64,000 nucleotides of DNA from a candidate division WOR-3 bacterium (GTDB lineage Bacteria; Hydrothermota; Tepidihabitantia; SM23-42; JAOAFX01), in NCBI GenBank assembly GCA_037443805.1, contig JBBINQ010000007.1, positions 12,977 to 76,976 of the forward strand, read 5' to 3'. Positions 28,725 through 38,953 of the stretch are shown here, piece after piece. The notes under the pieces were generated by a model that made no database searches, was not told where the DNA came from, and was given only the letters and a program-made list of their open reading frames with translations. Each line of letters starts with the position of its first letter. Positions within the stretch are counted from its first letter, which is position 1. The position numbers and the translations under genes are program-made.

Positions 28725-29750
28725 TTATTTCGCTTGCAGCCAGTCAATTGCCCTCTTTATTTCAAATTCAACATCGCCTGGAATTGTGTGGCCATAGCCC
28801 GCATACGCCTGAAAACTTACACTGATGCCAGCATTGATTAATGCCTTTAATCCATATAGATTCGCTTCTACCCTGTATTCAGGTTCATCTTCACCTATCA
28901 TTACTACAAATTTTATCCCTTTTTCTTTTGCCATATCTACATATTGATTAAAGGTTGAATCATAAAAGCCCGCAACTACAATAACACCTTTAAACAGGTC
29001 TGCATCCTTTAATCCAAGATAATAAGCAGTTGTGCCTCCCTGAGAAAAACCTAAAAGGATTATCCGTTCTCTATCAATTCGGTAGTGATTGTCCATAAAT
29101 TGAATCGTCTCAATTACTCTTTTTTCTGCATCTTCAAATTCTGACCAGCCAAAACTTGTCTTGCCCATAATATACGGACCATAGGGACAGCAGAGAATGT
29201 ATTCTGTGGCATTGGAAATTTTTTGCAGGGCTTTTGAAAAGTCTTCAGGATTACTACCCCAGCCATGCATGGCAATGATTAAGGGATAAACCTTGTTTGT
29301 ATCATAATTTTCCGGCAGGGTTGTGAGCGGTTCAAATACCTGACCTTTGAGTTGTTTAAGTAATTTGTTCGCCTTGGCAAGCAATCTTTTATATTCTTTT
29401 GTTTCCCTGATATTATTTAAATCTTCATCTTCATCAAATGAATATAAACCCAGGTCAATTGCCTCATTGAGCCATTTTAATGCTTCAGTTTTGTTATTCA
29501 TTAAACTGTAGGAGCAGGCAATATTGTAAGTCACTGCAGTATGGCCTGGTCTGAATCTTAATACAGATTTATAGTTATCAATGGCGCTCTGGTATTCTCC
29601 TTTGGTTAATGCAGTATTTGCCATCTGCAGATAGACCCTTGCCGAATCAATCTCTTCTGCTTTTAAAAAAAGAAATGGAATAAATATTAATATAAAAATT
29701 TTAATTCTATTAATTATCATATTATCTCCTTTTTTAAAGTTCCAGTTCAT
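28725..29750 (-). CDS. Secreted alpha/beta-hydrolase (esterase, phospholipase/carboxylesterase family) with N-terminal TPR repeats
   Basis: Signal peptide. TPR-like helices. GFSQGG nucleophile-elbow motif. The C-terminal GYGHTIPG segment may hold the catalytic His. Confidence 0.65.
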   Translation of the reverse strand: MNWNFKKGDNMIINRIKIFILIFIPFLFLKAEEIDSARVYLQMANTALTKGEYQSAIDNYKSVLRFRPGHTAVTYNIACSYSLMNNKTEALKWLNEAIDLGLYSFDEDEDLNNIRETKEYKRLLAKANKLLKQLKGQVFEPLTTLPENYDTNKVYPLIIAMHGWGSNPEDFSKALQKISNATEYILCCPYGPYIMGKTSFGWSEFEDAEKRVIETIQFMDNHYRIDRERIILLGFSQGGTTAYYLGLKDADLFKGVIVVAGFYDSTFNQYVDMAKEKGIKFVVMIGEDEPEYRVEANLYGLKALINAGISVSFQAYAGYGHTIPGDVEFEIKRAIDWLQAK

Positions 29751-30684
29751 AGGTGTCCCTTAAAAATCCCCGGGCATTGAAATTTTCTTTGAATCTTCCA
29801 AGCCCCCAGTTCGGTTCCATATTCAGGGTGAATGTGCCCAGGTCAAGGTATTTGTAGCCTTTTAACCTTCCCCATTTAATCACTTCGTAGAACAGAATAT
29901 TAACTGGACGATATGCCTGGTAATGTGCATTATGGCTGATATAGAAGGCAAGAATTACCCGTGGATTTGTTACAAAAACGACCATTCCACCAATCATTTT
30001 TTCTTTGAGATAGACACCAAATAAAATTATCTCATCAGGAAAAAGATTTTTTAATTTCAAAAGTTCGGGCAGGGTATGGGTTGGTGAAACATTGTGGCGC
30101 ATGCCAAGATTATTTTTTAATATTTCGTAGTATTGAGCATAGTCATCAGAAATCTTTACCTTGAGCCCCTCACGCATAGCCTTTTTTGTAGAACGTCGTG
30201 CATCAGGATGAAATGTTAAAAGTGGTTCTGCCACGTCAAGGGGTATGACTGCGGTAATCTCTCTTTTACGGTATTTAAATCCATGGCGCATCAATGCGAA
30301 ATCAATATACTGATGCGGTTCCTGGTAATAAATCAACGGCGTCTGGGTCAATACCAATTTTTTAATACCTTCTTTTTTTAGATATTCTAACAAGTGTGTC
30401 ACGCAGAGATAGATTTCATGAATGCCTAATCCGTTTTTTAACACAAATCCACCATAGGATGCACCTTTGTGCGAAATGAAAGATTTGTCTTCCACTACTG
30501 CAGGAACTAAGGCAATGGTATTTCCTTTTTCTTTAATGAGTAAATTATTGCTCTTAAAGCGTCCTGGTGGATGGTAACTTAAAAACTTGAGGGTGTGAAA
30601 GATTGTCCCATTGTTTGCCTGATGGACAAATTCCTCCCATTCAGGGTGGTTCTTTTCTGTGAAGGCACATACTTCCATAATCAT
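29734..30684 (-). CDS. FemAB-like / GNAT-fold acyltransferase family protein
   Basis: About 316 aa. Size and hydrophobic-patch pattern resemble FemX/BioF2-like peptidoglycan-bridge transferases. No decisive motif. Confidence 0.45.
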   Translation of the reverse strand: MIMEVCAFTEKNHPEWEEFVHQANNGTIFHTLKFLSYHPPGRFKSNNLLIKEKGNTIALVPAVVEDKSFISHKGASYGGFVLKNGLGIHEIYLCVTHLLEYLKKEGIKKLVLTQTPLIYYQEPHQYIDFALMRHGFKYRKREITAVIPLDVAEPLLTFHPDARRSTKKAMREGLKVKISDDYAQYYEILKNNLGMRHNVSPTHTLPELLKLKNLFPDEIILFGVYLKEKMIGGMVVFVTNPRVILAFYISHNAHYQAYRPVNILFYEVIKWGRLKGYKYLDLGTFTLNMEPNWGLGRFKENFNARGFLRDTYELEL

Positions 30685-30768
30685 ATTGTATTCAAAACAA
30701 TCACAATGTCAACCTAATTTCTTTTTCTCATCAATTGACAATCTAAAATTTTTTGCTATAATCAACAA

Positions 30769-31443
30769 GTGCAAACAGAATTGATGGTTTCCGTGGTTAT
30801 TCCAGTTTATAATGAGCGTGATAATATAGAAAGATTGCTCCAGGCAGTAAAAGCAGTTCAACTTAAAAAAGAACTTATTGTTGTAGATGATTTTTCCACG
30901 GATGGCACAAGAGACTATTTAAAAAAATTGAACGATGTAAAGGTTGTATTTCATGAAAAGAATATGGGCAAGGGTGCTGCTATTCGCACTGGATTGAAGT
31001 ATGTGAGTGGTGATGTGGTAATTATCCAGGATGCTGATTTAGAATATTCGCCTGAGGAGTATCCAAAACTCCTCAAACCCATTTCTGCTGGTTTTACAAG
31101 GGTAGTTTATGGCTCAAGAATTCTGGGCAAAGGCAAGTTTTTAAAAAAGAGTTATTTTGCCAATCGTGTATTAACCCTGCTTACCAATCTTATGTTTCAC
31201 GGGCACATCACAGATATGGAGACCTGTTATAAAATGGTTGACCGCAGATTGCTCCAGAGTTTGAATCTTGTATCATCAAGATTTGAAATAGAACCAGAGA
31301 TTACCTGCAAATTATTGAGAAGAAAGATTAAGATTTTTGAAGTTCCTGTTTCTTATTATGGTCGCAAGGCAGGTAAAAAGATTGGTGTAAAGGATGGCAT
31401 CCAGGCGATATGGAACATTTTGAAATGGAAGATTATCAAATGA
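30769..31443 (+). CDS. Family 2 glycosyltransferase, polyprenol-phosphate sugar transferase (DPM1/ArnC-like)
   Basis: VSVVIPVYNERDNI...VVDDFSTDGTRDY is the DxD-containing GT-A N-terminus. About 224 aa. Confidence 0.8.
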   Translation: MQTELMVSVVIPVYNERDNIERLLQAVKAVQLKKELIVVDDFSTDGTRDYLKKLNDVKVVFHEKNMGKGAAIRTGLKYVSGDVVIIQDADLEYSPEEYPKLLKPISAGFTRVVYGSRILGKGKFLKKSYFANRVLTLLTNLMFHGHITDMETCYKMVDRRLLQSLNLVSSRFEIEPEITCKLLRRKIKIFEVPVSYYGRKAGKKIGVKDGIQAIWNILKWKIIK

Positions 31444-31501
31444 ATCTATTTTATAGAAATTGGGATTTTGAATTTGGCGTTTGTAATTTGGGGTTTTTGC
31501 A

Positions 31502-32671
31502 ATGAGAGTTCTCTTTGTTGCCACGGCATTCCCTCGCTATGAAGGTGATGTCATCACACCCTGGATGACCGAACTTATTAAGCGGCTGAGCAACAAAGGT
31601 ATTGAAATTTCAGTTTTTACATCAAGTTACAAAGGAATGGGTAACCAGGTCTGGCATAACATTAATGTATACAGATTCAGGTATTTTTTAAAAAAATACG
31701 AAAGGCTGACCCATGAAGAGACAGCAGTGGACAAATTCGGCAAAGGCGGGTTGAATGTAGTGTTGAGTTTTTTCTATCTACTGTTTGGCACGATTGCCAT
31801 TGCCCGGCTTGTGCGAAAGAAAAAATTTGATATTGTCCATATCAACTGGCCCTTTCCCCACATCATCTTTGGACTGTGTGCAAAGGCATTTTCCCGCTGT
31901 TGTATCTTTGCTACATTTTATGGTCTTGAGATCCGCTGGTTAAAGAAAAAATTTCCTTTTTTTGTCAAACCCTTTGCCTGGTTAATAAACCGTGCTGATG
32001 TCATCACCGCAATCTCAAACCATACCGCAAGCGAATTAAAAGGGATTGTTAAAAAAGATATTCCAGTTATTCCCTTTAGTATTACTGTTGAGTCAAAGGT
32101 TGCTGAACTATCAGATGAACATTACATATTGTTTGTTGGTCGGCATGTTGAGCGAAAGGGTGTGCACATATTGATTGATGCATTTAGACAAATCTACAAG
32201 GATATTCTCCATAATGTAGTTATTATCGGCGATGGTCCAGAACGGAAAAACTGGGAAAAAATGGCTGCAGACTATGGATTGACAAAAAGAATTGTATTCA
32301 CGGGCTGGGTTTCAACTGAAGAGCTATATAAATACTATCAGAATTGTAGTTTTTTTGTTTTGCCCGCCACTTATGATAAACATGGTGATACAGAAGGGCT
32401 CGGTGTAGTTATGATTGAAGCAATGGCTTATTCTAAACCCGTGATTGCATCAAATGTGGGTGGCATCACTGATGTTGTGATTGATGGGCTTAATGGGCTA
32501 CTCGTTCCGCATAATGACCCTGAGGCACTTGCTTATGCAATTAAAAGACTTGCACTGGATAAGACATTGTGTAGAAAACTTGGCGAAAATGCCAAACAGA
32601 GTATTGACGAAAAGTTTAATTGGGATAAAATAGTATTGAGATTAATGGAGTTATATGAAGCAAATCATTGA
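31502..32671 (+). CDS. Family 4 glycosyltransferase (GT-B, RfaB/WcaL-like)
   Basis: C-terminal GT4 motif region (FVLPATYDKHGDTEGLGVVMIEAMAYSKPVIASNVGGITDVV). Confidence 0.8.
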   Translation: MRVLFVATAFPRYEGDVITPWMTELIKRLSNKGIEISVFTSSYKGMGNQVWHNINVYRFRYFLKKYERLTHEETAVDKFGKGGLNVVLSFFYLLFGTIAIARLVRKKKFDIVHINWPFPHIIFGLCAKAFSRCCIFATFYGLEIRWLKKKFPFFVKPFAWLINRADVITAISNHTASELKGIVKKDIPVIPFSITVESKVAELSDEHYILFVGRHVERKGVHILIDAFRQIYKDILHNVVIIGDGPERKNWEKMAADYGLTKRIVFTGWVSTEELYKYYQNCSFFVLPATYDKHGDTEGLGVVMIEAMAYSKPVIASNVGGITDVVIDGLNGLLVPHNDPEALAYAIKRLALDKTLCRKLGENAKQSIDEKFNWDKIVLRLMELYEANH

Positions 32672-33263
32672 AGCATTATTGATAGCAACTGATGCACCTC
32701 TAAGTGTGGATAGAATTGCGGATATTGTCAATTGCCCGGCTGAAGAGGTCAGAAGTCATATTGAAACGCTGAATCAGGAATACAAAGAAACAGGTCGGGC
32801 ATTTGAAATAAAAGAGGTGGCAGGTGGGTTTCAAATTTACACATTACCTGAATATGCTGACTTTGTGGGTAAACTAAAACAGAAAAAAGAGAAGTTATCA
32901 AAGGCAGCACTGGAAACACTTGCAATTATTGCCTATCACCAGCCTATTACCCGTGCCGAGGTTGAAAAGGCAAGGGGTGTGGATTCTTCGTATATCCTTG
33001 AGAGCCTTCTGGAAAAAGGGTTGATAAAGACCTGCGGCAGATTACCCACACCCGGCAGGCCAATAAAATATAGCACCACCAATGAATTTTTGAGATATTT
33101 TGGCATAAGGGATTTGAGCGAATTGCCCAGGGAAGAAGATTTTGCTGAACCCGCTATTGAAACTCCGATGATTTCACAATCAGAACAGGAAAAGGCTGTT
33201 GAACAAAAACAGGAAAAGGTTGACGAATCCATAGAAGAAGAATTTAAAGACATCCAAGATTAA
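32655..33263 (+). CDS. scpB: Segregation and condensation protein B
   Basis: IIEALLIATDAPLSVDRIADIV start and winged-helix repeats typical of ScpB. Acidic C-terminus. Confidence 0.8.
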   Translation: MKQIIEALLIATDAPLSVDRIADIVNCPAEEVRSHIETLNQEYKETGRAFEIKEVAGGFQIYTLPEYADFVGKLKQKKEKLSKAALETLAIIAYHQPITRAEVEKARGVDSSYILESLLEKGLIKTCGRLPTPGRPIKYSTTNEFLRYFGIRDLSELPREEDFAEPAIETPMISQSEQEKAVEQKQEKVDESIEEEFKDIQD

Positions 33264-33907
33264 TGTCAGTAAAAGAAGAAGTCAGGCAGTTTTTAAAAAA
33301 TTATCGGGTAAAAATTGTTGGTTTTGGTAAAATTCCAACGACCGTAGAAAAATTTGAAATAACCGAAAATTATCCGCGTGTAATTGTGTTCGGTTATCAA
33401 ATAGCAAAGAGTATCCTGAACACTATAAAAGATAGCCCCACGCTCATTTATAAACAGCACTATAAAACAGTAAACTGGCTCCTTGACCAGACCGCATACC
33501 ATCTTGTGCAATTCATTGTAGATAAAGGGTTTAATGCTCTGGCAATTCCTGCTTCACAGACCGTAGACTGGCAAAATCAGAAAGGGCACATCTCTCATAA
33601 ATTACTTGCCCTGGAATCAGGCTTGGGTTATATTGGCAAAAGCGGGCTACTTGTCAATCCCCAATTTGGGGCACAGGTGCGCTATGTTTCGGTTCTTACT
33701 GACATTGAATTTGAACCAGATGAAAAGATATTGGGTGATTGTGGTAATTGTAGAAAATGTATTATTGCCTGCCCTGCTGGCGCGATCAGCGAGCAGGGCT
33801 TAGATTTAAAAAAATGTCTGACAAAAGTAAAAGAATTTTCCCGGATGCCGGGTATTGGACAATATATCTGTGGAGTTTGTGTCCGGGTGTGTAATGGCAG
33901 AGATTAA
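33263..33907 (+). CDS. QueG-related iron-sulfur protein (short form of epoxyqueuosine reductase-like family)
   Basis: LGYIGKSGLLVNPQFGAQVRYVSVLTDIEFEPDE...CGNCRKCIIACPAGAI parallels the QueG core (LGwIGKhsLLInpelGSw.fLgelLTdleLePD...CgsCtkCldaCPtgAi). Second cluster motif CGVCVRVC. Lacks the C-terminal HEAT region of full-length QueG. Confidence 0.5.
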   Translation: MSVKEEVRQFLKNYRVKIVGFGKIPTTVEKFEITENYPRVIVFGYQIAKSILNTIKDSPTLIYKQHYKTVNWLLDQTAYHLVQFIVDKGFNALAIPASQTVDWQNQKGHISHKLLALESGLGYIGKSGLLVNPQFGAQVRYVSVLTDIEFEPDEKILGDCGNCRKCIIACPAGAISEQGLDLKKCLTKVKEFSRMPGIGQYICGVCVRVCNGRD

Positions 33908-34436
33908 AGAACCTCAAAAAGTTTTAGCATTTGCCGGATTGATATATATTAGTGATTTTGATATTTATTCTGCACTTGATGGATTGAAGGAATTGGTGGG
34001 TGGGGTCATTAAAAAATCTGATATTTTTCCTTTCATCCATACCACATACTACACAAAGGAAATGGGCGAAGGTCTTTTGCGTCAGTGGGTATTATTTGAA
34101 AAATTAATCAGTCCGGATTTACTTATAGATTTGAAGCATAAGAGTAATGAGATTGAAAAAAAATTTTTGAATGAAAATGGTGGGAGAAAGATAAATATCG
34201 ACCCGGGTCTGGTTTCTCTGAGTAGCATCATCCTTGCCTCAACAAAGAATTACGCACACAGGATATACCTGGGCAGGGGCATATACGCAGAAGTTACGCT
34301 AATTTATAAAGACCGTCAATTCCGACCCCTTGAATGGACATATCCAGACTACCAGGAAGATTCTGCATTAAGATTTTTTTCCGAATCGCGCATTGTACTA
34401 AAAAATTTGCAGTATGAATATAAATATAACCAATGA
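33894..34436 (+). CDS. Hypothetical protein (possible DUF4416-like)
   Basis: About 180 aa, no motif recognised. Start set at the internal ATG, overlapping the upstream gene by 14 nt. Confidence 0.4.
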   Translation: MAEIKEPQKVLAFAGLIYISDFDIYSALDGLKELVGGVIKKSDIFPFIHTTYYTKEMGEGLLRQWVLFEKLISPDLLIDLKHKSNEIEKKFLNENGGRKINIDPGLVSLSSIILASTKNYAHRIYLGRGIYAEVTLIYKDRQFRPLEWTYPDYQEDSALRFFSESRIVLKNLQYEYKYNQ

Positions 34437-34552
34437 AAGTGTAGTAAAGGTTGATAAAACAAGAAATTGTTGCAAATTAAAAGATAGTTTTGTTAAATTC
34501 TAAGGCACATTACCCTTGACTTTATGACTTTATGGGATAAAATTTATATTAT

Positions 34553-35416
34553 ATGAATAAGGATTTATTTTCACAGAATCTAACCATTTTTAAATCCGAA
34601 CCGTCTGCTGATTTAAGTAATACAATTATTAAAGAATTATTAGAAAAATACATCATCAAAGATTTCAATGATTGGTCCGGAGTTGAAGCGGATTTGATAT
34701 TAACTGATCCACCATTTGGAATAGATTTCAGTGGCAAACAAACAAATTATCATAGAAATGTAAATAATGTTGTGGCTGGTTATGTAGAATGGAAGACTTC
34801 AGAATATGGAGGAAAAATTCAACAATTATTAGAATGTATTAAAAATAATTTAAAAAATAATGGCCAAGCTTTAATCTTTTCAGGATGGAACAACAGTAAT
34901 ATAATCCATAACATAATTATGAAGTTTAATGGATTGGAATTAAAAGGAAAAATGTACTGGACTTATAACTTTGCACCGGTTTGCAGAAAAAGACCCTCTC
35001 ATAATGTTTATGAAATTTACTGGGTCACCAAAGGTGAAAAGTGGACATTCAAAAATAGATGCTCTACCCACCATTGTCAGTATGGAGAACCCAATCTATC
35101 AACCTTGAATTTTAAAAGAGATTATAAAGTAAATATGCCTAAATATCCGACACGGTTGCCATTTAAATTATTACAATGTTTGATTGAGCATTTTTCTAAT
35201 AAAGGAAATCTAATCTTTGACCCTTTGTGTGGAAGCGGAATGGTCGGTGTTGTTTCATATATATTGGGGCGGGATTTTATTATGGGTGATTTAAATCCCA
35301 ATGGGAAATTTGTCTTTGAACACCTGCTGGATTATTATCTAAACAAAAACGGTCTAATAATGGATGTCAAAATAAGCACCTGGTGGAAAAATAAAAAACA
35401 TAGGAATAAAAAATGA
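34553..35416 (+). CDS. Beta-class DNA methyltransferase (N6-adenine or N4-cytosine), modification subunit of a type II R-M system
   Basis: Motif IV DPPF (ADLILTDPPFGIDF) precedes motif I (LIFDPLCGSGMVGVV), which is the beta-class order. Strongly AT-rich gene. Confidence 0.75.
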   Translation: MNKDLFSQNLTIFKSEPSADLSNTIIKELLEKYIIKDFNDWSGVEADLILTDPPFGIDFSGKQTNYHRNVNNVVAGYVEWKTSEYGGKIQQLLECIKNNLKNNGQALIFSGWNNSNIIHNIIMKFNGLELKGKMYWTYNFAPVCRKRPSHNVYEIYWVTKGEKWTFKNRCSTHHCQYGEPNLSTLNFKRDYKVNMPKYPTRLPFKLLQCLIEHFSNKGNLIFDPLCGSGMVGVVSYILGRDFIMGDLNPNGKFVFEHLLDYYLNKNGLIMDVKISTWWKNKKHRNKK

Positions 35417-36081
35417 GAAATAAAGAGTTTTTGAGATTATCAAAGGAAATTGCTGAGAAGATAAAAAATATTCCACTCATCTGGGATGGTATAAATTCTA
35501 TTTTGGCGATGAAAAAATCAGGATTTCTGCATTGGAAACAAATGGAGTGGATTGGTTGGTACTTCCAATTTTTGTGTGAAAATTTTTTGAAAGAGCTTAT
35601 ACAGATGCCAGAACCTAAATTTGGTAATGTAAGATTTGATGGTTTTTATAAAATAGCCTGGGATTTTAAAGCTCACGCTATTAATACAAGTAGTCATCAA
35701 ATAATAGTTAATGATAATGAAGCACCAGCGAAGGCAATTGAAAGATATGGTTGTGTGGGAGTAATACTTGCTATGGGTAAAGTAGAATATAACGATGAAA
35801 AAAGAACATTTCAAAAATGGCATGAAGAGCTCAAGGGTGGAAAATCTAAATACGAGTTGGAAAGGATTAAGAGAGGTGCCTGGTCAAGATTAAGGAAAAC
35901 AGAATTTGATTTAGAGCAAATTTCTTTTATTAGAATAGATGATGATGTCCTTGTCAAATGTGGTTCATTTCAGCAGGATTTTAGAAATGCCCATGGAAAA
36001 CCAAGACGAAAAAAAGTTTTATTAGACTTAGAAAAATTAGATGAAGAAATAGTATACTTTCTTAATCTGAATTATAGATAG
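35413..36081 (+). CDS. Candidate type II restriction endonuclease (PD-(D/E)xK-like) partner of the methyltransferase
   Basis: ATGA start/stop overlap with the MTase. FDGFYKIAWDFKAH offers a D...DxK arrangement. No other homology recognised. Confidence 0.45.
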   Translation: MRNKEFLRLSKEIAEKIKNIPLIWDGINSILAMKKSGFLHWKQMEWIGWYFQFLCENFLKELIQMPEPKFGNVRFDGFYKIAWDFKAHAINTSSHQIIVNDNEAPAKAIERYGCVGVILAMGKVEYNDEKRTFQKWHEELKGGKSKYELERIKRGAWSRLRKTEFDLEQISFIRIDDDVLVKCGSFQQDFRNAHGKPRRKKVLLDLEKLDEEIVYFLNLNYR

Positions 36082-36142
36082 ATGAACATAAGAGCATTGA
36101 ACTTAACAGATAGGGATAATTGAAAAAAATGCCGGATAAGGA

Positions 36143-36505
36143 GTGAATATGTTTGAATTAGCAGTTCAGGGAAATTTTTCTGCTGCCCATCAGGTAAAGG
36201 GCTATAAAGGTGATTGTGCTGATGTGCATGGCCATACCTATAGGATAGAAGTTAGGGTGGAGGTTAAGAATCTTGATAAGCTTGGTATGGCAATGGACTT
36301 CCGAAAGGTAAAATTGGTTCTGAAAAAAATTCTTTCGGAACTTGACCATAAAAATCTCAATCGTCTGCCGTTTTTCAGAAGGCATAATGCCACTACCGAG
36401 TGGATTGCAGTATATATCTATCAACAAATAAAGAAAAAAATAAAGAGTGTAAAATCAATTACAGTCTGGGAAGGCTTGGAAAATTCAGTAACATATTCAG
36501 AATAA
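36143..36505 (+). CDS. queD: 6-carboxy-5,6,7,8-tetrahydropterin synthase (6-pyruvoyl-tetrahydropterin synthase family)
   Basis: 120 aa. CADVHGHTY zinc/catalytic motif. AVQGNFSAAHQ start. Confidence 0.85.
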   Translation: MNMFELAVQGNFSAAHQVKGYKGDCADVHGHTYRIEVRVEVKNLDKLGMAMDFRKVKLVLKKILSELDHKNLNRLPFFRRHNATTEWIAVYIYQQIKKKIKSVKSITVWEGLENSVTYSE

Positions 36506-36562
36506 AAAATTTAATACAGAGAATCAGATCTACAATGAATCAAAAAATAAAAATTTTATATT

Positions 36563-38953
36563 TTACGAATGGTCAATAATTTTCACAGAGCCCGCGTCTG
36601 CATCCAATTCAATCTCCTGTCCATCTTTTATGATTGAACTTGCGCCTTTAATAACAACTGCTGGTATACCGATTTCCCGTGCTACAGTTGCTGCATGACA
36701 GACAGAACCTCCAACCTCAATAATGACACCTGAGGCGATTGAGAATAATGGTGTCCAGGCAGGGTCAGCGTGGTGGGTGACAAGTATTTCGCCATTTTTC
36801 AATTTATCGCTTTCTTTTAGGTCTTTAATGATACACGCCCTTGCCCGCACTTTACCAAAGCTTAATGGTTCACCATACATAATATTTCTGTCAGGTAGAG
36901 CAGCACTGAGCCGTTCACCACTTTCATAAATTATATCAGGAACCGATGCCTGCTTGAATGAATGCCATTCCTCCCTTCTATTTTCAATGAGTTTAATAAC
37001 TTCAGAATTTTTAAGTTTTTTATCAGCATTTTTTTTCAATTCATCAAAGGAGAGAAAGAATATATCCCTTTTTTCATTTAGAAAACCTTCTCTTTTTAGA
37101 AGTTCCGCAATTGCAAATAGTTGTTCTTTTATCTTTGCCATCTGCTTGAAATAATAGTGTTTGCCATTCTCTCTTAATGGAATATATACCTCAAGCATGG
37201 GCAGGAATAATTTTACAATCGTCTTTGCGCAGGGCTTTATAGTATTGAGGATATTATTGATAATTCTTTTTCGGTCAGTAGAAATGGTATCCTTTCTGGG
37301 TGCGATGAGTAAACGCATTACAATCTCAGGGTCTTCAGCATAGGTTTTATTTGCAATATCAAACTCTCCAGGACCGCGATGTCCAAATTCTTTAATAAAT
37401 TGGTCAAATGCAGTTTTGAATGCATTGTCTTTTTCATATAATTTTTTTATTGAATAGATATTAATATCACTTAGTTTTTTTCTTGCGAGATAAGCCAATT
37501 CATCAATTTTTTTAATGATCAAAACCGTATTATCTATTATTCCTGAAGCACACTTACGGGCTATTGCCCTGCCTTTTTTGCCAAGGCGCCAGCCGAGTAT
37601 CCGTTCAAGAATGATAAGGTAAAATAAACTCAAAAATAGACCGCCAAAATATTTTTTTGCAAAATTTTCTAAGGCAATCCAGTTTTCAATGTTCTTCACT
37701 CCCTGGCTCAGGTCATTTGAAATTGCCATCTGCTGGACTGTTTGTTCAAATTTAAGATTTGTATTATGAGTTCTCCGTGGAAATGTGCGATAGAAAAAGA
37801 AACTTTTAATAATAAAATTTGTTAGACGGAAAAAGGAGATTATGCTAAATATGAAGGAGTGGAATGGCGATAATAAAGCAGGAATACTGTTAAGGTCAAC
37901 GGACTTAAAGGCGAGCGCCATCTGTGGGTCAAGATTTTTATTTGATTCAAGCAAGTCAAGGAATGGTGAAATTACCCTACCATAGGCAATGGCATTATTT
38001 ATGTTCCAGTATAATCTTCCTGATAGGTTTTCCACTGGCGGAAATTTTTGAAATTTCTCCCTACTTACAGGAAAGCCAAAGACATCAAGGATAATCATTG
38101 GAAAAAGAAAGTTCTCAAAAAATGACCACATTAATGGTGAAATTGGGTCCGGAATGGTCTCACGCACATTGACATTGCACCATACTTTTCCTTTTCGTGT
38201 TGACTCTGCCCTGTTTACAGAAATCGGTCTTGATTGTAGTATATAGAGATTACTGTTTTCAATTGCCCACTCAATTTCCTGCGCCGCGTTGAAAAATGTT
38301 TCTATCTTTTTAGCGGATTGCGTTAGTTGTTTGATTTGTTTAATGCTTAATAAGTTTTCTCCATAATGTTCAATAATCTCATCTGATTTTAGGCGATAGC
38401 GTGTTGGTGTAATGAGCCCGGAAAGGAGTTTGTCACCCAGACCTGAACAACATTCTATTAGCATTTCATTTATTGAATAAGGGCTCTGTGTAATTAATAC
38501 ACCACTTATTTCTGGGATTAACTGATGTTGTATAATAACCGCCATTGCTCCACTTTTTATATTCATTTGCTTTAAATATGATTCCACCTTTTTTGAATAC
38601 ACTGATTCCCAGATATTAATAACTGCCTTAATTCCACTTTCAGTATCTCTAATGCCAAGAAATGTTTTATACATTCCTGCGAATGTTGCACTGCTGAGGT
38701 CTTCTGCGATGCCTGAAGACCTGATTGCAACTGTGCCATTTTTTAAAAAAGATTCAAGTATGTCCCGTATTTGTTCTTCAATTTCAGGGCTAATAGTTTT
38801 ATGCAGATGATAATAATTGAATGCCTCGGTATTGATGGCAGCAAATTCAGGGATGGAGAATTTATCCTTTAATAAAAATAAATTCCACGCCTTTGCTCCA
38901 ACTTTTTCCAGAACTGCCTCATCAAGTCTATTGGTTATATAATGATGCTTCAC
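36563..38953 (-). CDS. PEP-utilizing enzyme family protein with rifampicin-phosphotransferase (RPH)-like three-domain architecture
   Basis: N-terminal PPDK_N ATP-grasp (GAKAWNL...). About 450 aa central region. C-terminal mobile His domain (ILVTHHADPAWTPLFSIASGVIIEVGGSVCHAATVAREIGIPAVV). No PEP-utilizer TIM barrel. Confidence 0.7.
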   Translation of the reverse strand: MKHHYITNRLDEAVLEKVGAKAWNLFLLKDKFSIPEFAAINTEAFNYYHLHKTISPEIEEQIRDILESFLKNGTVAIRSSGIAEDLSSATFAGMYKTFLGIRDTESGIKAVINIWESVYSKKVESYLKQMNIKSGAMAVIIQHQLIPEISGVLITQSPYSINEMLIECCSGLGDKLLSGLITPTRYRLKSDEIIEHYGENLLSIKQIKQLTQSAKKIETFFNAAQEIEWAIENSNLYILQSRPISVNRAESTRKGKVWCNVNVRETIPDPISPLMWSFFENFLFPMIILDVFGFPVSREKFQKFPPVENLSGRLYWNINNAIAYGRVISPFLDLLESNKNLDPQMALAFKSVDLNSIPALLSPFHSFIFSIISFFRLTNFIIKSFFFYRTFPRRTHNTNLKFEQTVQQMAISNDLSQGVKNIENWIALENFAKKYFGGLFLSLFYLIILERILGWRLGKKGRAIARKCASGIIDNTVLIIKKIDELAYLARKKLSDINIYSIKKLYEKDNAFKTAFDQFIKEFGHRGPGEFDIANKTYAEDPEIVMRLLIAPRKDTISTDRKRIINNILNTIKPCAKTIVKLFLPMLEVYIPLRENGKHYYFKQMAKIKEQLFAIAELLKREGFLNEKRDIFFLSFDELKKNADKKLKNSEVIKLIENRREEWHSFKQASVPDIIYESGERLSAALPDRNIMYGEPLSFGKVRARACIIKDLKESDKLKNGEILVTHHADPAWTPLFSIASGVIIEVGGSVCHAATVAREIGIPAVVIKGASSIIKDGQEIELDADAGSVKIIDHS

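Noticed and set aside
26879-32671. Hydrogenase maturation locus
   Set aside because: Only hypE is present. The neighbouring genes are envelope-related (repeat protein, TPR-esterase, FemAB-like, GT2, GT4), not hypCDF or hydrogenase subunits.
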